From NCBI GenBank assembly GCA_020053055.1, contig JAGVNX010000040.1:1-43069 (forward strand): a stretch of 43,069 bases of DNA, in the 5' to 3' direction. A program made the translations under genes and the position numbers. Under the pieces are notes generated by a model that saw only the letters and a program-made list of their open reading frames with translations, had not been told where the DNA came from and did not search any database. Each line of letters opens with the position of its first letter. Positions within the stretch are counted from its first letter, which is position 1. The DNA comes from Candidatus Iainarchaeum sp. GTDB taxonomy: Archaea; Iainarchaeota; Iainarchaeia; Iainarchaeales; GCA-2688035. Below are positions 1 to 9,815 of the stretch, one piece after another.

Positions 1-47
1 AAAAGAAAAGCCTTGGGAAAAAAAGTTTTTTGCTTTGCAAAAAACTG
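1..47 (+). repeat. Window-truncated partial copy of the short interspersed repeat family (see 18617-18705, 27123-27210, 25483-25520)
   Basis: gaaaagccttgggaaaaa...ttgctttgcaaaa resembles gaaaagccctgggaaaag...ttgctttgcaaaag at 27191-27245. By-eye alignment only. Confidence 0.35.
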
Positions 48-124
48 AATTGCTTTTCCCGGAAAAAAATAATTTGTTTGCCTTGCTGGTGGATTTGAAG
101 ATTGTTTTTAAAAGGTTTGTTTGA

Positions 125-1288
125 ATGGTTAGAAAATCAAAGCCCCATGCGGGAAGCAAGGGTTTTTATCCGCGCAAGCGCGCCAGAAAAGAGACTCCTG
201 GCTTCAGCACTTTTAAGGCAGAGCATGCGAAAGCAAAAGAATGCAAGCCATTGAATTTTTTGGTTTACAAGGCAGGCATGACCCATGTTTTGGGAAGAGA
301 TGCCCATAACAAAGGAACAACTTTTGGGCAGGAAGTGGTTTTGCCAGTAACCGTTTTGGAAGCGCCCTCACTCAAGGTTTTTGGAATCCGGGCTTATAAA
401 AAAACAAATTATGGATTGCAGCCATTAATGGAAATTTCAATTGAAAAGCCAGACAAGGAATTTGAAAGGAAACAGCATTCGTTCAAGAAGCAGGGCAAGA
501 AAAAAAGGGAAGGAAAAAAACCGGTTGCAAAGCAAAAAACAATTGACGATTTTGAAAAAGCAAAATCAGAAATTGCAGATTTGAAATTATTGGTTTATTC
601 AAAGCCAAAAGAAACAAGCGTGGCAAAGAAAAAACCCGATATTTTGGAAATAGCGCTTTCCGGAAATATTGAAGCAAAAATTGCTTTTGCAAGGGAAAAA
701 ATTGGGAAAGAAATTGGAATACAGGATGTTTTCAAGGAAAACGATTTTGTTGACGCAAAGGCAGTTACAACCGGAAAAGGAACACAAGGCCCTGTAAAAA
801 GATTTGGAATAAGAATCCAGGGAAGAAAAGCAAAAAGAACAAGGGCAGTGGGAAGCATTGGGCCCTGGCATCCCAATACTTTAATGTGGCAAGTTGCAAG
901 GTCAGGCCAAATGGGTTACCAGAACAGGACTGAATTGAACAAAAAAATTGTCAAAATTGCTGCAAAGCCCGAAGAAATTTTGGATATTAATCCCGCAAGC
1001 GGATTCAAAAATTATGGATTGGTAAAAACAACCTTTTTGCTTATTGCAGGAAGCATTCCTGGGCCTGTAAAAAGGGCAATTGGATTGAGAACCCCGATAA
1101 GAGCGCCTTCTTACCGCGCAAAAATGCATAAGCTTGAAGGAATTGATTTTATTGCCACATCCAGAAAAGCATCAAAAATACACATGGATGTTTCAGCGCA
1201 AAAAGTCAAAGTAGAAGAACAAAAAAAAGTCGAAAAAAAGAGTGTTTCAGATGAAATAGCAGCAGCAGTAAAATTGGAAAAAAAATAG
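125..1288 (+). CDS. rpl3: 50S ribosomal protein uL3
   Basis: 387-aa ORF. The N-terminus MVRKSKPHAGSKGFYPRKRA and the GKGTQGPVKRFG...GPWHP motifs are typical of archaeal L3. It is the first gene of the L3-L4-L23-L2 order. Confidence 0.95.
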   Translation: MVRKSKPHAGSKGFYPRKRARKETPGFSTFKAEHAKAKECKPLNFLVYKAGMTHVLGRDAHNKGTTFGQEVVLPVTVLEAPSLKVFGIRAYKKTNYGLQPLMEISIEKPDKEFERKQHSFKKQGKKKREGKKPVAKQKTIDDFEKAKSEIADLKLLVYSKPKETSVAKKKPDILEIALSGNIEAKIAFAREKIGKEIGIQDVFKENDFVDAKAVTTGKGTQGPVKRFGIRIQGRKAKRTRAVGSIGPWHPNTLMWQVARSGQMGYQNRTELNKKIVKIAAKPEEILDINPASGFKNYGLVKTTFLLIAGSIPGPVKRAIGLRTPIRAPSYRAKMHKLEGIDFIATSRKASKIHMDVSAQKVKVEEQKKVEKKSVSDEIAAAVKLEKK

Positions 1289-1352
1289 GGGCAATTAAAA
1301 AAAGGGTTGTCAAAAGCCAGGGTTTTTTGCAAAGAAAAAAAAGGTAAAAATT

Positions 1353-2156
1353 ATGAAAACAAGTGTTTTTGCATTGGATGGAAAAAAATTGCACGAGATT
1401 GAATTGCCAAACGTGTTTGAAACAGAATTCCATCCGGAACTCATAAAAAGGGCTGTTTTAAGCAGCCAGACTGCAAGGCTGCAGCCGAAAGGCGCTTTCA
1501 TAATGGCGGGAAGAATGAACAGTGCAGAATACAGGGGCGCGAGAAGGCTGCCTACCCACGAAAGGTCAATTAATGTTGGCCATGCAAGATTGCCAAGGCT
1601 TAAGAACAGGAAGGGCTTGCTTTATGGAAGAGTTGCAAGGGTTCCACAGGCAGTTGGGGGAACAAGCCCGCATGCTCCAAAGGTTGAGAAAAAATTGTGG
1701 GAAAGAATAAACAAAAAAGAAAAAAGGAAAGCGCTTGCATCTGCAATTGCCGCTTCCGCAAAAAAAGAGCTTGTGGCAAAAAGGCATGTGCTTGCAGAAG
1801 GAATCTCGCTGCCGATTGTCATTGAGGACAAGTTTGAGGGTTTGAAAAAAACAAGGGACGTAATTGCTGTTTTGACTTCTTTGAAGCTTGAAAAGGATTT
1901 GGAGAATGCAAAGGCAAAACGCAGGAGAAAATCGGGAAAAAGCAAAAGGCGCGGAAGAAAAATAAAGCAGAAAAAAAGCGTTTTGATTATTACAAAAAAC
2001 AATTCGCCTGTTTACAAGGCTGCGAGAAACATTGCGGGCATTGATGTCTGCGAATTAAGAAACCTTAATTCGGAATTGCTTGCTCCCGGCTGCCTTGCAG
2101 GAAGGCTGGCAGTCTGGACAGAATCGGCAATAAAAGGCCTGGAAAAAAAAGCATAA
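1353..2156 (+). CDS. rpl4: 50S ribosomal protein uL4
   Basis: 267-aa ORF directly after L3 with an L4/L1e-like sequence (RLQPKGA...GRVARVPQAVGG), in the conserved position. Confidence 0.93.
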   Translation: MKTSVFALDGKKLHEIELPNVFETEFHPELIKRAVLSSQTARLQPKGAFIMAGRMNSAEYRGARRLPTHERSINVGHARLPRLKNRKGLLYGRVARVPQAVGGTSPHAPKVEKKLWERINKKEKRKALASAIAASAKKELVAKRHVLAEGISLPIVIEDKFEGLKKTRDVIAVLTSLKLEKDLENAKAKRRRKSGKSKRRGRKIKQKKSVLIITKNNSPVYKAARNIAGIDVCELRNLNSELLAPGCLAGRLAVWTESAIKGLEKKA

Positions 2157-2165
2157 TAAAGGCAG

Positions 2166-2522
2166 ATGATTGGCATGGAAAAAACAAAGGCGCTTGAAAA
2201 AAAGGCAATTGCAAAAGCACAGCCTGAGAAAAAAAGTGCTGTTGAAATTGGCTCTGCAAAATCGCGTGCCACTGAAGTGCTTTTGTTCCCTTTGATTACT
2301 GAAAAAGCAGTTAACATGATTGAATCCGAAAACAAGATTTGTTTTGTGGTTAACAAAAAGTCTGGAAAAAAAGATGTTAAAAATGCCGTGGAAACACTTT
2401 ATAATGTGAAAGTTGATTCAGTGAAAATACTGAATGATTTGAAGGGAAGGAAAAAAGCGATTGTAAAAATCAATAAAAAATTCAAGGCAGATGAATTGGC
2501 GACAAAACTGGGTGTTTTGTAA
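2166..2522 (+). CDS. rpl23: 50S ribosomal protein uL23
   Basis: 118-aa ORF with LLFPLITEKAVNMIE...VVNKKSGKKDVKNAVETLYNVKV, typical of L23. It lies between L4 and L2. Confidence 0.93.
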   Translation: MIGMEKTKALEKKAIAKAQPEKKSAVEIGSAKSRATEVLLFPLITEKAVNMIESENKICFVVNKKSGKKDVKNAVETLYNVKVDSVKILNDLKGRKKAIVKINKKFKADELATKLGVL

Positions 2523-2543
2523 TAAAGCAATGTGGTGAAAAAA

Positions 2544-3266
2544 ATGGGAAGGCGGCTGATACAGCAAAGAAGGGGAAAAGGAAGCCACACATTTTTAGCC
2601 AGAAAAGACGGTTTAACCGCAAGATACGCCCAGGTTTCAAAAGAAAACTGGGAAAACTTGCTAAGGGGCCAGATTCTTTCATTGTTCAAGGATTCTGGAA
2701 GATTAAATATTTTGGCTGATGTTTTGCTTGAAAATAATTTGCATAGTTATATGGTTGCTGCGGAAGGGATAAGTGTTGGGCAAAAAATTGAATTGGGAAA
2801 AAAAGCCAATTTGAATATTGGAAATGTTTTGGAATTGCAGAATACTCCGGAAGGATGCCCAATCTTCAATATTGAAAATATTCCCGGAGATGGCGGTGTT
2901 TTGGCAAAAGGAACCGGGCTTTACGCCTTGATTGTTTCAAAAGACAAGGATTATGCTTTAGTAAAAATGCCAAGCGGAAAAATGAAGCAGATTTCTTTGG
3001 ATTGCAGGGCAACAATTGGTTGTTCTGCAGGCGGAGGAAGGACAGACAAGCCAATGATTAAGGCCGGAACTGCTTTTCACAAGGCAAAAGCAAGAAAAAA
3101 ATGGTTTCCTACAGTAAGGGGCGTAAAAATGAATGCTTTGGACCATCCATTCGGGGGTTCTGCGCACCATGCCGGAAAATCAAAGTCAACTTCAAGAAAT
3201 GCCCCTCCGGGAAGAAAAGTCGGTGCAATTGCATCAAAAAGAACAGGAAGGATAAAAAAGAATTAA
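2544..3266 (+). CDS. rpl2: 50S ribosomal protein uL2
   Basis: MGRRLIQQRRGKGS... and C-terminal HPFGGSAHHAGKSKSTSRNAPPGRKVG motifs. ATG 2544 is preferred over GTG 2532 because GGTGA lies 6 nt upstream. Confidence 0.95.
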   Translation: MGRRLIQQRRGKGSHTFLARKDGLTARYAQVSKENWENLLRGQILSLFKDSGRLNILADVLLENNLHSYMVAAEGISVGQKIELGKKANLNIGNVLELQNTPEGCPIFNIENIPGDGGVLAKGTGLYALIVSKDKDYALVKMPSGKMKQISLDCRATIGCSAGGGRTDKPMIKAGTAFHKAKARKKWFPTVRGVKMNALDHPFGGSAHHAGKSKSTSRNAPPGRKVGAIASKRTGRIKKN

Positions 3267-3322
3267 ACAAAAATGCGAGGAAAAATCTTGGGATTTGTTT
3301 ATCAAGGATTACTGGTGGAATT

Positions 3323-3724
3323 ATGGCAAAAATTTTTATTTTTCACGGAAAAAGTGTTGATGAATTGAAGGGAATGAGCATTCCTGAATTTGCAAAGATT
3401 GTCACTTCAAGGGCGAGAAGAACCTTGTTGAGGGGCTTTGACAAGAAACTTGAAAAAAAAATTGACAAAGCGCTTGCGGAAAAAGGGAAAGGAAAAGAGC
3501 CAAAGCCACTAAGAACCCATTTGAGGGATGCAATTGTAATTCCAAAAATGATTGGGTTGAAAATTGCTGTCCACAAGGGAAATTCTTTTGAAACACTGGA
3601 AATACGGCCTGAAATGATTGGCCATTATCTTGGGGAATATGCGCTTACGAGAAAAAGGCTGATGCATGGAAAAGCCGGAATTGGGGCAACAAAATCTTCA
3701 ACTGCAATTACTGCAAGAGGATAA
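3323..3724 (+). CDS. rps19: 30S ribosomal protein uS19
   Basis: This is the C-terminal part of track ORF 3101-3724. ATG 3323 is preceded by GGTGG. MAKIF...AVHKGNSFETLEIRPEMIGHYLGEYALTRK is S19-like. Confidence 0.92.
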   Translation: MAKIFIFHGKSVDELKGMSIPEFAKIVTSRARRTLLRGFDKKLEKKIDKALAEKGKGKEPKPLRTHLRDAIVIPKMIGLKIAVHKGNSFETLEIRPEMIGHYLGEYALTRKRLMHGKAGIGATKSSTAITARG

Positions 3725-3744
3725 GGAAAATACAGGTGCTTTGG

Positions 3745-4212
3745 ATGGTTAAAAGGGATTATCAGGCTGACTTGCAGGGAAAAGGCATAGCAAAAGCTTT
3801 TGCTTCAAACCAGCGGGTTTCCTTGAAATATGCAAGTGAAATTTGCCGCGAAATAAAAGGAAAACCGCTTGAAAGGGCTGAAAAATTTTTGATGAATGTC
3901 ATTGAAAAAAAAGAATTTTTGCCTTTGGTAAAATACAATAAAAAAATTCCCCACAGGAAAGGGGAAAGCAAAAGCGGGGTAAAATCCGGAAGATATCCTC
4001 AAAAAACCTGCAAGGCGGTTTTGGGCTTGTTGAACAGCGTGAAAACAAATGCCGACTTCAAAGGATTGGATGCAGAAAATCTTTTGATTGTGCACGCCTT
4101 TGCTTCACAGGGATTCAGGAGGCTCGCGCACCAGCCAAAGGGAAAAATTTCCGGAAAAGGGTGGAAAAGAAAATCCGCGCATATTGAAATTATTGCCAGG
4201 GAAAAAGCATGA
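3745..4212 (+). CDS. rpl22: 50S ribosomal protein uL22
   Basis: L22-like sequence (ASNQRVSLKYASEICREIKGKPLERA). ATG 3745 follows AGGTG. It lies between S19 and S3. Confidence 0.92.
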   Translation: MVKRDYQADLQGKGIAKAFASNQRVSLKYASEICREIKGKPLERAEKFLMNVIEKKEFLPLVKYNKKIPHRKGESKSGVKSGRYPQKTCKAVLGLLNSVKTNADFKGLDAENLLIVHAFASQGFRRLAHQPKGKISGKGWKRKSAHIEIIAREKA

Positions 4213-5060
4213 TTGAACGGTTTTTTATAGAGCAGAGCATGAAAAAAATAGAATTGGAGAATTATGTGAAGAGCCAATTGGAATCCGCGGGCTTTACAAC
4301 CCTTGAAATTGTCAAGACTCCTCTTGTCACAAGAATTGTCCTTCACGTAGTAAGGCCTGGCCTGGCAATAGGAAAAGGCGGGACAACAATAAACCAGTTG
4401 ACCCAGGAAATCGGAAAAAAATTTGGAATTGAAAATCCGCAGATTGAAATCCAGGAAATCAAGCATCCTGAATTGGATGCACAGGCAAATGTTGACAAGA
4501 TTGTTTCCCTGCTTGAAAGAGGTTATAGCTGGAGAAGCATTACTTTCAAGGGAATGCAGGACATAATGAATGCCGGAGCCCAGGGGGCAGAATTGATTTT
4601 GTCGGGAAAACTTGCAGGAAAAGGCGGGAGAAAAAGAAGAGTGAGAATTGCACAGGGATACATTAAAAAAGTCGGAAACCAGGTGAGGCTTGTGGATTTT
4701 GCAAAAGCAAATGCGTATCCAAAACCAGGGGCAATTGGAATAAAATTGAGAATAATCCATCCGGGAGTGGAATTCCCTGACAAAGCAGATATTAACAAGT
4801 TTATTGAAAAAGCAAAAGAAGCCGATGCAATTGAAAAGCAGGCTGAAAATGCAGTGAGCACTGAAGAGGTTGAAACTGCAAAGCAGGAAATTTTGGAAAC
4901 AAAAGAAAAAGCCGAAGATTTGCTGGAAACTGCCAAGCCTGTTTCAAAAACAGCAAAGAAAAGAACGGCAAAAAAGGCAAAAGAAAAGGAAGCTGCAAAA
5001 AAAAAGGCCATTGAAAAAAAAGAAAGCGAAAACGCGCAGGAAGAAAAAAAAAGAGCCTAA
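4209..5060 (+). CDS. rps3: 30S ribosomal protein uS3 with a Lys/Glu-rich C-terminal tail
   Basis: KH-domain S3 sequence (RIVLHVVRPGLAIGKGGTTINQL). There is an ATGA overlap with the L22 stop. The roughly 90-aa KE-rich tail is low complexity. Confidence 0.94.
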   Translation: MIERFFIEQSMKKIELENYVKSQLESAGFTTLEIVKTPLVTRIVLHVVRPGLAIGKGGTTINQLTQEIGKKFGIENPQIEIQEIKHPELDAQANVDKIVSLLERGYSWRSITFKGMQDIMNAGAQGAELILSGKLAGKGGRKRRVRIAQGYIKKVGNQVRLVDFAKANAYPKPGAIGIKLRIIHPGVEFPDKADINKFIEKAKEADAIEKQAENAVSTEEVETAKQEILETKEKAEDLLETAKPVSKTAKKRTAKKAKEKEAAKKKAIEKKESENAQEEKKRA

Positions 5061-5095
5061 AATAAAAAGAAAGCAAAAAATGGTTAAGTGGTTTT

Positions 5096-5428
5096 ATGAA
5101 AGCATCAGAAATCAGGGGAATGGCTTTAAATGAAGCCGAAGAAAAAATGAATGCTTTGAAGGCAGAGCTTGCAAAGGAAAGGGCAGTGCTTGCTTCCGGG
5201 ACAAAACCGGAAAACCCGGGAAAAACAAGGGCTTTGCGCAGGAACATTGCGAGAATCCTTACAATAATGGGTGAAAAGAAAAAAGCGGGAGAAAAAACCG
5301 CGGAGAAAAAAATTGTTCCCGCAAAAAAGCCTGAGAAAAAAAGTGAAGCAAAAAAAGAAAAAATTGTTCAAAAAAAAGAAGTTGAAAAGAAAATTAAAAA
5401 GAATGAAAAAATTTCCAAAAAGAAATAA
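5096..5428 (+). CDS. rpl29: 50S ribosomal protein uL29 with a Lys-rich tail
   Basis: MKASEIRGM...LNALKAELAKERA is the L29 signature. The position after S3 is conserved. Confidence 0.9.
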   Translation: MKASEIRGMALNEAEEKMNALKAELAKERAVLASGTKPENPGKTRALRRNIARILTIMGEKKKAGEKTAEKKIVPAKKPEKKSEAKKEKIVQKKEVEKKIKKNEKISKKK

Positions 5429-5454
5429 AAAAATGTTGAGGTGAATAAATCCAA

Positions 5455-5763
5455 ATGGAGGATATTTGCAACAAATGCGGCTTGCCAAAAAACCTTTGTG
5501 TTTGCCAGGATATTGCAAAGGAAAGCCAGAAAATAAAAATTCGGGAGCTTCCAAGGCGGTTTGGCAAGATTATAACCAGTATTCGCGGCTTGGGATCCGA
5601 TGTTGATGTTGAATCGCTTACAAAGGAACTGAAAACGCATCTTGCCTGCGGAGGAACCATTAAAGGAACTGAAATAATTCTGCAGGGAAAGCATGCGCGC
5701 AAAGCAAAGGAAATTTTGCTGAAACAGGGTTTTAAAGAGGAATTAATTGATGCTGGAAGGTAA
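5455..5763 (+). CDS. Translation initiation factor aIF1 (SUI1)
   Basis: 102 aa with an N-terminal CxxCx(5)CxC zinc knuckle and the SUI1 core ITSIRGL...LKTHLACGGTIKG..IILQG. Confidence 0.9.
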   Translation: MEDICNKCGLPKNLCVCQDIAKESQKIKIRELPRRFGKIITSIRGLGSDVDVESLTKELKTHLACGGTIKGTEIILQGKHARKAKEILLKQGFKEELIDAGR

Positions 5764-6058
5764 AAATTATTGCATTTCAAGAGAAAATATTTTTGCCCAC
5801 GAGTTTTTGGGTTTGAATGCAAAAGTTCTGCAGAGCAATGACAAAAACAAGATTGGCTTGGAAGGAAAAATTGTTGATGAAACAAAAAACCTTCTTGTTT
5901 TTGAAACAAAAAAAGGCATAAAGCAATTGCCAAAAAAAGAGTGCATTTTTGAATTTGAATTGGGAACGGAAAAAACAATTGTTCCGGGTTTGAGGGTAAC
6001 AGGCAGGCCAGAGGACAGGATAAAGAATTTTGGGAGGAAAAAAAATGCAGTGCAATGA
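5750..6058 (+). CDS. rnp1: RNase P protein component 1 (Rpp29/Pop4)
   Basis: HEFLGLNAKVLQS...GLEGKIVDETKNLLVFETKKG...GRPEDRIK matches the archaeal Rpp29 pattern. It occupies the usual slot between L29/SUI1 and S17. Confidence 0.88.
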   Translation: MLEGKNYCISRENIFAHEFLGLNAKVLQSNDKNKIGLEGKIVDETKNLLVFETKKGIKQLPKKECIFEFELGTEKTIVPGLRVTGRPEDRIKNFGRKKNAVQ

Positions 6059-6524
6059 TCCAAAATGCCCGCATCATGGGCATTTGAAAGTAAGAGGCAA
6101 TGTATTAACAGGCACTGTCAAAAGCGCAAAAGCGCCGAAAACTGTCAGTGTTGAAAGGATTCTTGTAAAATATGTTCCAAAATATGAAAGGTATAAAAAG
6201 ACAAAATCAAGGGTTTATGCGCATAATCCTGATTGCATTGCCGCAAAAGAAGGCGATTTTGTCACAATAGGGGAAACAAGAAAATTGAGCAAGACAAAAA
6301 GTTTTGTTGTTTTGAAAATTGAAAAAAAAGCTGACGCTGAAACACATGTTGCAACAGCAATTCCTGAAGCAAAAAACATTAAAAAAGAAAAAGTTGAAGA
6401 AAAAACAGGGAAGAAAAAGCACAAGGAAAATGCGGAGAAAACTGAAGAAGCCCGCGAAGAAAAAGGGCTGCATGAAAAAAAGGATTCTAAAAATGAAAAA
6501 AATGCAAAAAAGGAGAAAAAATAA
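6045..6524 (+). CDS. rps17: 30S ribosomal protein uS17 with a KE-rich tail
   Basis: ATG 6045 follows GGAGG. The sequence GTVKSAKAPKTVSVERILVKYVPKYERYKKTKSRVYAHNP..GDFVTIGETRKLSKTK is S17-like. Confidence 0.93.
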   Translation: MQCNDPKCPHHGHLKVRGNVLTGTVKSAKAPKTVSVERILVKYVPKYERYKKTKSRVYAHNPDCIAAKEGDFVTIGETRKLSKTKSFVVLKIEKKADAETHVATAIPEAKNIKKEKVEEKTGKKKHKENAEKTEEAREEKGLHEKKDSKNEKNAKKEKK

Positions 6525-6549
6525 TTTTTTTTTTGAATTGGTGATAAAA

Positions 6550-6948
6550 ATGAAAGCAATTGGTTCAAGTGTTTCTAAAGGGCTAAGCCAAATGAGCTGG
6601 TGTGTTTGTGCTGATAATTCCGGTGCAAAAGAAGTCAGGATAATTTCGGTTTTTGGCCATAAAACCAGGAAGAGAATGAAGCCAAAAGCCGGAATAGCTG
6701 ATATGGTTAATGTTGTTGTGAAAAAGGGAAAGCCTGAAATAAGGAAAAAAGTCGAGCGGGCTATTATTGTAAGAGTAAGAATGCCGTATAGGAGGCCTAA
6801 TGGCTTAAGGGTTTGTTTTGAGGATAATGCTGTTGTTTTGGTTGATGAAAAAGGAGTTCCAAAGGCATCTGAGATAAAAGGCGTTGTTGCAAAGGAAGTT
6901 GGCGAGCGCTGGCCAAAAGTGGCGGGATTGGCAAGTGCCGTAATCTAA
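6550..6948 (+). CDS. rpl14: 50S ribosomal protein uL14
   Basis: ATG 6550 follows GGTGAT. CADNSGAKEVRIISV...AIIVRVRMPYRRPNG is typical L14. The upstream part of track ORF 6319-6948 is out-of-gene read-through. Confidence 0.94.
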   Translation: MKAIGSSVSKGLSQMSWCVCADNSGAKEVRIISVFGHKTRKRMKPKAGIADMVNVVVKKGKPEIRKKVERAIIVRVRMPYRRPNGLRVCFEDNAVVLVDEKGVPKASEIKGVVAKEVGERWPKVAGLASAVI

Positions 6949-6980
6949 GTTTTTGAATTTGAAAATAAAAAGTGGTTTTT

Positions 6981-7376
6981 ATGAGTATTAAATCAAGCAA
7001 ACCCAGAAAGCAGAGGAAAAATTTTTTTGAACGGCCTTTGCATGAAAAAAGGAATTCTCTTGCCGGGCATTTGAGCAAGGATTTGAGAAAAAAAATGGGA
7101 AAGCGGGGCATTAGCCTGAGAAAAGGCGATACTGTGAGGATAATGCGTGGAAAGCATTTTGGAAAAGAGGGAAAAATTACCGGAGTGGATTACAAAAAAG
7201 GGCTGGTTTTTGTTGAAAAAATTACCAGAAAAAAGTCTGATGGAACTGAAATTCCCGTGGGAATTCCGGCTTCCAAACTTTTGGTTTTGGACATTGCAAG
7301 CGATGAAAGGCGTTTTGCGAAAAAGGCTTCTTCCAAGAAAAAAGCCTTTTCTGAAGGGGAGAAAGAAGGTGAATAA
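6981..7376 (+). CDS. rpl24: 50S ribosomal protein uL24
   Basis: KOW motif LRKGDTVRIMRGKHFGKEGKITGV. The position after L14 is conserved. Confidence 0.93.
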   Translation: MSIKSSKPRKQRKNFFERPLHEKRNSLAGHLSKDLRKKMGKRGISLRKGDTVRIMRGKHFGKEGKITGVDYKKGLVFVEKITRKKSDGTEIPVGIPASKLLVLDIASDERRFAKKASSKKKAFSEGEKEGE

Positions 7377-8102
7377 ATGGCTAGGCATGGAAACAGCAAG
7401 GCACAGAAAAGAATCAGCATGAACAAGGCTATTCATATTCATAGGAAAGAGCAAACCTGGGGCATAAAAGCCAGTCCTGGGCCTCATACCGGGAAAACCA
7501 GTGTTGCGCTTGGAATTGTTTTAAGGGATATTTTGAAGGTTGCAGGAAACATGAGGGAAGTGAAAATTATTTTGAACAACAGGGTTGTTTCTGTTGATGG
7601 AGTGATAAGGACTGAAACAAAATTGCCTGTTGGATTGTTTGATGTTGTTGCTTTGAGTGATTTGAAAAAGCAGTTCAGGGTTTTGCTGGATGAAAAAGGG
7701 CGGTTTGCCGTGAAAGAGATTCCCGTAAAAAGCGCTGGTTTCAAGCTTGTGAAAGTCACAGGGAAAAAAGCTTTTGGGAAAAAAAATGTCCAGCTTACTA
7801 CAAACGATGGCAGGATTTTTGCTTTTGATGCAAAGGAAAAAGTTTCAATCGGCGATACTTTGAAAATTGGGATTCCGAGCCAAAAAATTTTGGAAGTGCT
7901 TGCGTTTGAAAAAGGAAATACTGGTTTTGTTTGCAGCGGTAAAAGAATCGGGAGCATCGCAGAAATTGAAAATGTTTTGGCCGGGACAATGAAAAGGGGA
8001 AAGCTTGCAATGCTAAAGCCCCGTGAAGGCGAAGAGTTTCAGACTGTTGCAGAGAATGTTTTTATTGTTGGCAAAAAGGGCATTGAAATTGAATTGCAAT
8101 AA
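7377..8102 (+). CDS. rps4e: 30S ribosomal protein eS4
   Basis: 241 aa starting MARHGNSKAQKRIS...PGPH, an S4e-type N-terminus. It lies between L24 and L5. Confidence 0.93.
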   Translation: MARHGNSKAQKRISMNKAIHIHRKEQTWGIKASPGPHTGKTSVALGIVLRDILKVAGNMREVKIILNNRVVSVDGVIRTETKLPVGLFDVVALSDLKKQFRVLLDEKGRFAVKEIPVKSAGFKLVKVTGKKAFGKKNVQLTTNDGRIFAFDAKEKVSIGDTLKIGIPSQKILEVLAFEKGNTGFVCSGKRIGSIAEIENVLAGTMKRGKLAMLKPREGEEFQTVAENVFIVGKKGIEIELQ

Positions 8103-8113
8103 AGGGTGTGAGA

Positions 8114-8629
8114 ATGGCTGAAGAAAATTTTATGCGGAGAATTTCTGTTGAAAAGGTCACTGTAAACATGGGCATTGGAAATGCCCCGGAAGAATACAAG
8201 AAGGCGCAGCAGATAATTGAAAAAATAACCGGTTGCAAGGCAAAGCAGACTCTCTGCAAAGTGAGACAGCCTAAGTGGGACATAAGGCCTGGCTTGCCGA
8301 TTGGCTTGAAGGTTACAATGCGGGGCGGGAGTGCGATTGATTTTTTGAAAAGAGCCTTGATTGCAAAGGAGAACCAATTGAAAAAAAGTTCTTTTGATAA
8401 TCACGGGTGTTTTGGCTTTGGAATAAAGGAGTATATTGATTTGCCAGGGACAAAATATGAGCCTGCTTTGGGCATCAGGGGATTTGATGTTTTGGTCACT
8501 TTGAAAAGGCCCGGTTTCAGGGTGAAAAACAGGAAAATTATGAATGCAAAAATTGGGAAAAAACATTTGATTCTGAAGGAAGACGCGGTTAGTTTTTTAA
8601 AGGGCTTGTTTGGAGTTGAAATTATTTAA
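8114..8629 (+). CDS. rpl5: 50S ribosomal protein uL5
   Basis: VEKVTVNMGIG...FGIKEYIDLPGTKYEPALGIRGFDV is typical L5. Confidence 0.93.
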   Translation: MAEENFMRRISVEKVTVNMGIGNAPEEYKKAQQIIEKITGCKAKQTLCKVRQPKWDIRPGLPIGLKVTMRGGSAIDFLKRALIAKENQLKKSSFDNHGCFGFGIKEYIDLPGTKYEPALGIRGFDVLVTLKRPGFRVKNRKIMNAKIGKKHLILKEDAVSFLKGLFGVEII

Positions 8630-8651
8630 TTAAATTGGAGTCGTGAAGCAT

Positions 8652-8810
8652 ATGAAAAAAGAACTGCCAAAATTGATGCAGGCAAAGAAAAAACGCAGGT
8701 GCAGGGTTTGCACTGGCAATGCAGGCCTTATCAGAAAATATAATTTGTATGTTTGCAGGAGATGCTTCAAGGATATTGCCGAAAAACTGGGGTTCAGGAA
8801 ATTTGATTAA
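8652..8810 (+). CDS. rps14: 30S ribosomal protein uS14 (zinc-ribbon type)
   Basis: 52-aa ORF below the track cutoff: [52 protein letters not shown]. It has the CxxC...CxxC pattern and lies between L5 and S8. Confidence 0.88.
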   Translation: MKKELPKLMQAKKKRRCRVCTGNAGLIRKYNLYVCRRCFKDIAEKLGFRKFD

Positions 8811-8858
8811 TTTTTTTTAGGAAAAAAAAATCAGGAAATTGTTTGGAAAGGTGTTTTG

Positions 8859-9251
8859 ATGGTTTTGGTTGACCCGATTGCTGATGCTTTTGTGCACATA
8901 AAAAATTCAGACCTGGCTTCAAAGAGAGAGTGCTTTTTTAAGCCTGCTTCAAAACTGCTTGGAGAAATTTTGAAGGTTTTGCAGAAACAGGGTTACATTA
9001 GTACTTTTGAATATATTGATGACGGCAGAAGCGGTTTGTTCAGGATTGAATTAACTGGAAAAATAAATAATTGCAGGGCAATAAAACCGCGTTATGCAGT
9101 GAGAAAAAACGAGTTTGAAAAATATGAAAAACGGTATTTGCCGGCAAAAGATGTTGGAATTTTGATTGTCAGCACTGTGAACGGTGTTATTGTCCACAGG
9201 GATGCAAAAAAATCCGGCCTTGGGGGAAGGCTGTTGGCTTTTGTGTATTAA
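8859..9251 (+). CDS. rps8: 30S ribosomal protein uS8
   Basis: [13 protein letters not shown]...[31 protein letters not shown] is the S8 signature. Confidence 0.94.
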   Translation: MVLVDPIADAFVHIKNSDLASKRECFFKPASKLLGEILKVLQKQGYISTFEYIDDGRSGLFRIELTGKINNCRAIKPRYAVRKNEFEKYEKRYLPAKDVGILIVSTVNGVIVHRDAKKSGLGGRLLAFVY

Positions 9252-9271
9252 TGCTTGCCAGTGGTGTTTTT

Positions 9272-9805
9272 ATGGCTTCTAAACATATTTCAGAAAGATT
9301 TGAATTGCCTCCCGGCTTTCAGGCATTTGTGGAAGAAAATTGCATAAAAATAAAGGGGCCGAACTGCGAATTGAAAAGAAAAATTCCTTCAAAAGAATTA
9401 AGGGTAAAAATTGAGGGCAATGCAATTGTTTTTGAAATCGGTTCTGCAAAAAGAATTTCTTATGCGTGCCTGAAAAGCTTTGAAAAGCATCTTGGCAATA
9501 TGGTTAAGGGGCTGACAAAAGAATTTGAATACCATTTGAGGATTGTTTACAGCCATTTTCCGATTAATATTGTGGTTAAGGGAAATACCGTGGAAATTAA
9601 TAATTTTTTGGGGGGAAAATTGCCGAGAATTGCAAGAATATTGCCAAACGCAAGGGTTGAAGTCAAGGGAAAAGAGGTTTTTGTAAGAGGTCCTGACAAG
9701 GAAGCTGTTGGCCAGACTGCGGCAAACATTGAAGCGCAGTCAAGGGTTTCCGACAAGGACAGGCGTGTTTTTCAGGATGGAATTTTTTTAGTGGAGAAAT
9801 TTTAG
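9272..9805 (+). CDS. rpl6: 50S ribosomal protein uL6
   Basis: L6-like two-domain sequence (LRIVYSHFPINIVVKGNTVEINNFLGGK). ATG 9272 follows GGTG. Confidence 0.92.
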   Translation: MASKHISERFELPPGFQAFVEENCIKIKGPNCELKRKIPSKELRVKIEGNAIVFEIGSAKRISYACLKSFEKHLGNMVKGLTKEFEYHLRIVYSHFPINIVVKGNTVEINNFLGGKLPRIARILPNARVEVKGKEVFVRGPDKEAVGQTAANIEAQSRVSDKDRRVFQDGIFLVEKF

Positions 9806-9815
9806 GGTGCTCAGA

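Noticed and set aside
3101-3322. N-terminal extensions of track ORFs (3101-3322 before S19, 6319-6549 before L14, 34042-34119 before the CPBP protease, 27349-27378 before L24e).
   Set aside because: These upstream parts overlap the preceding gene in another frame and lack homology. An internal ATG with a GGTG-type SD matches the expected protein N-terminus in each case.
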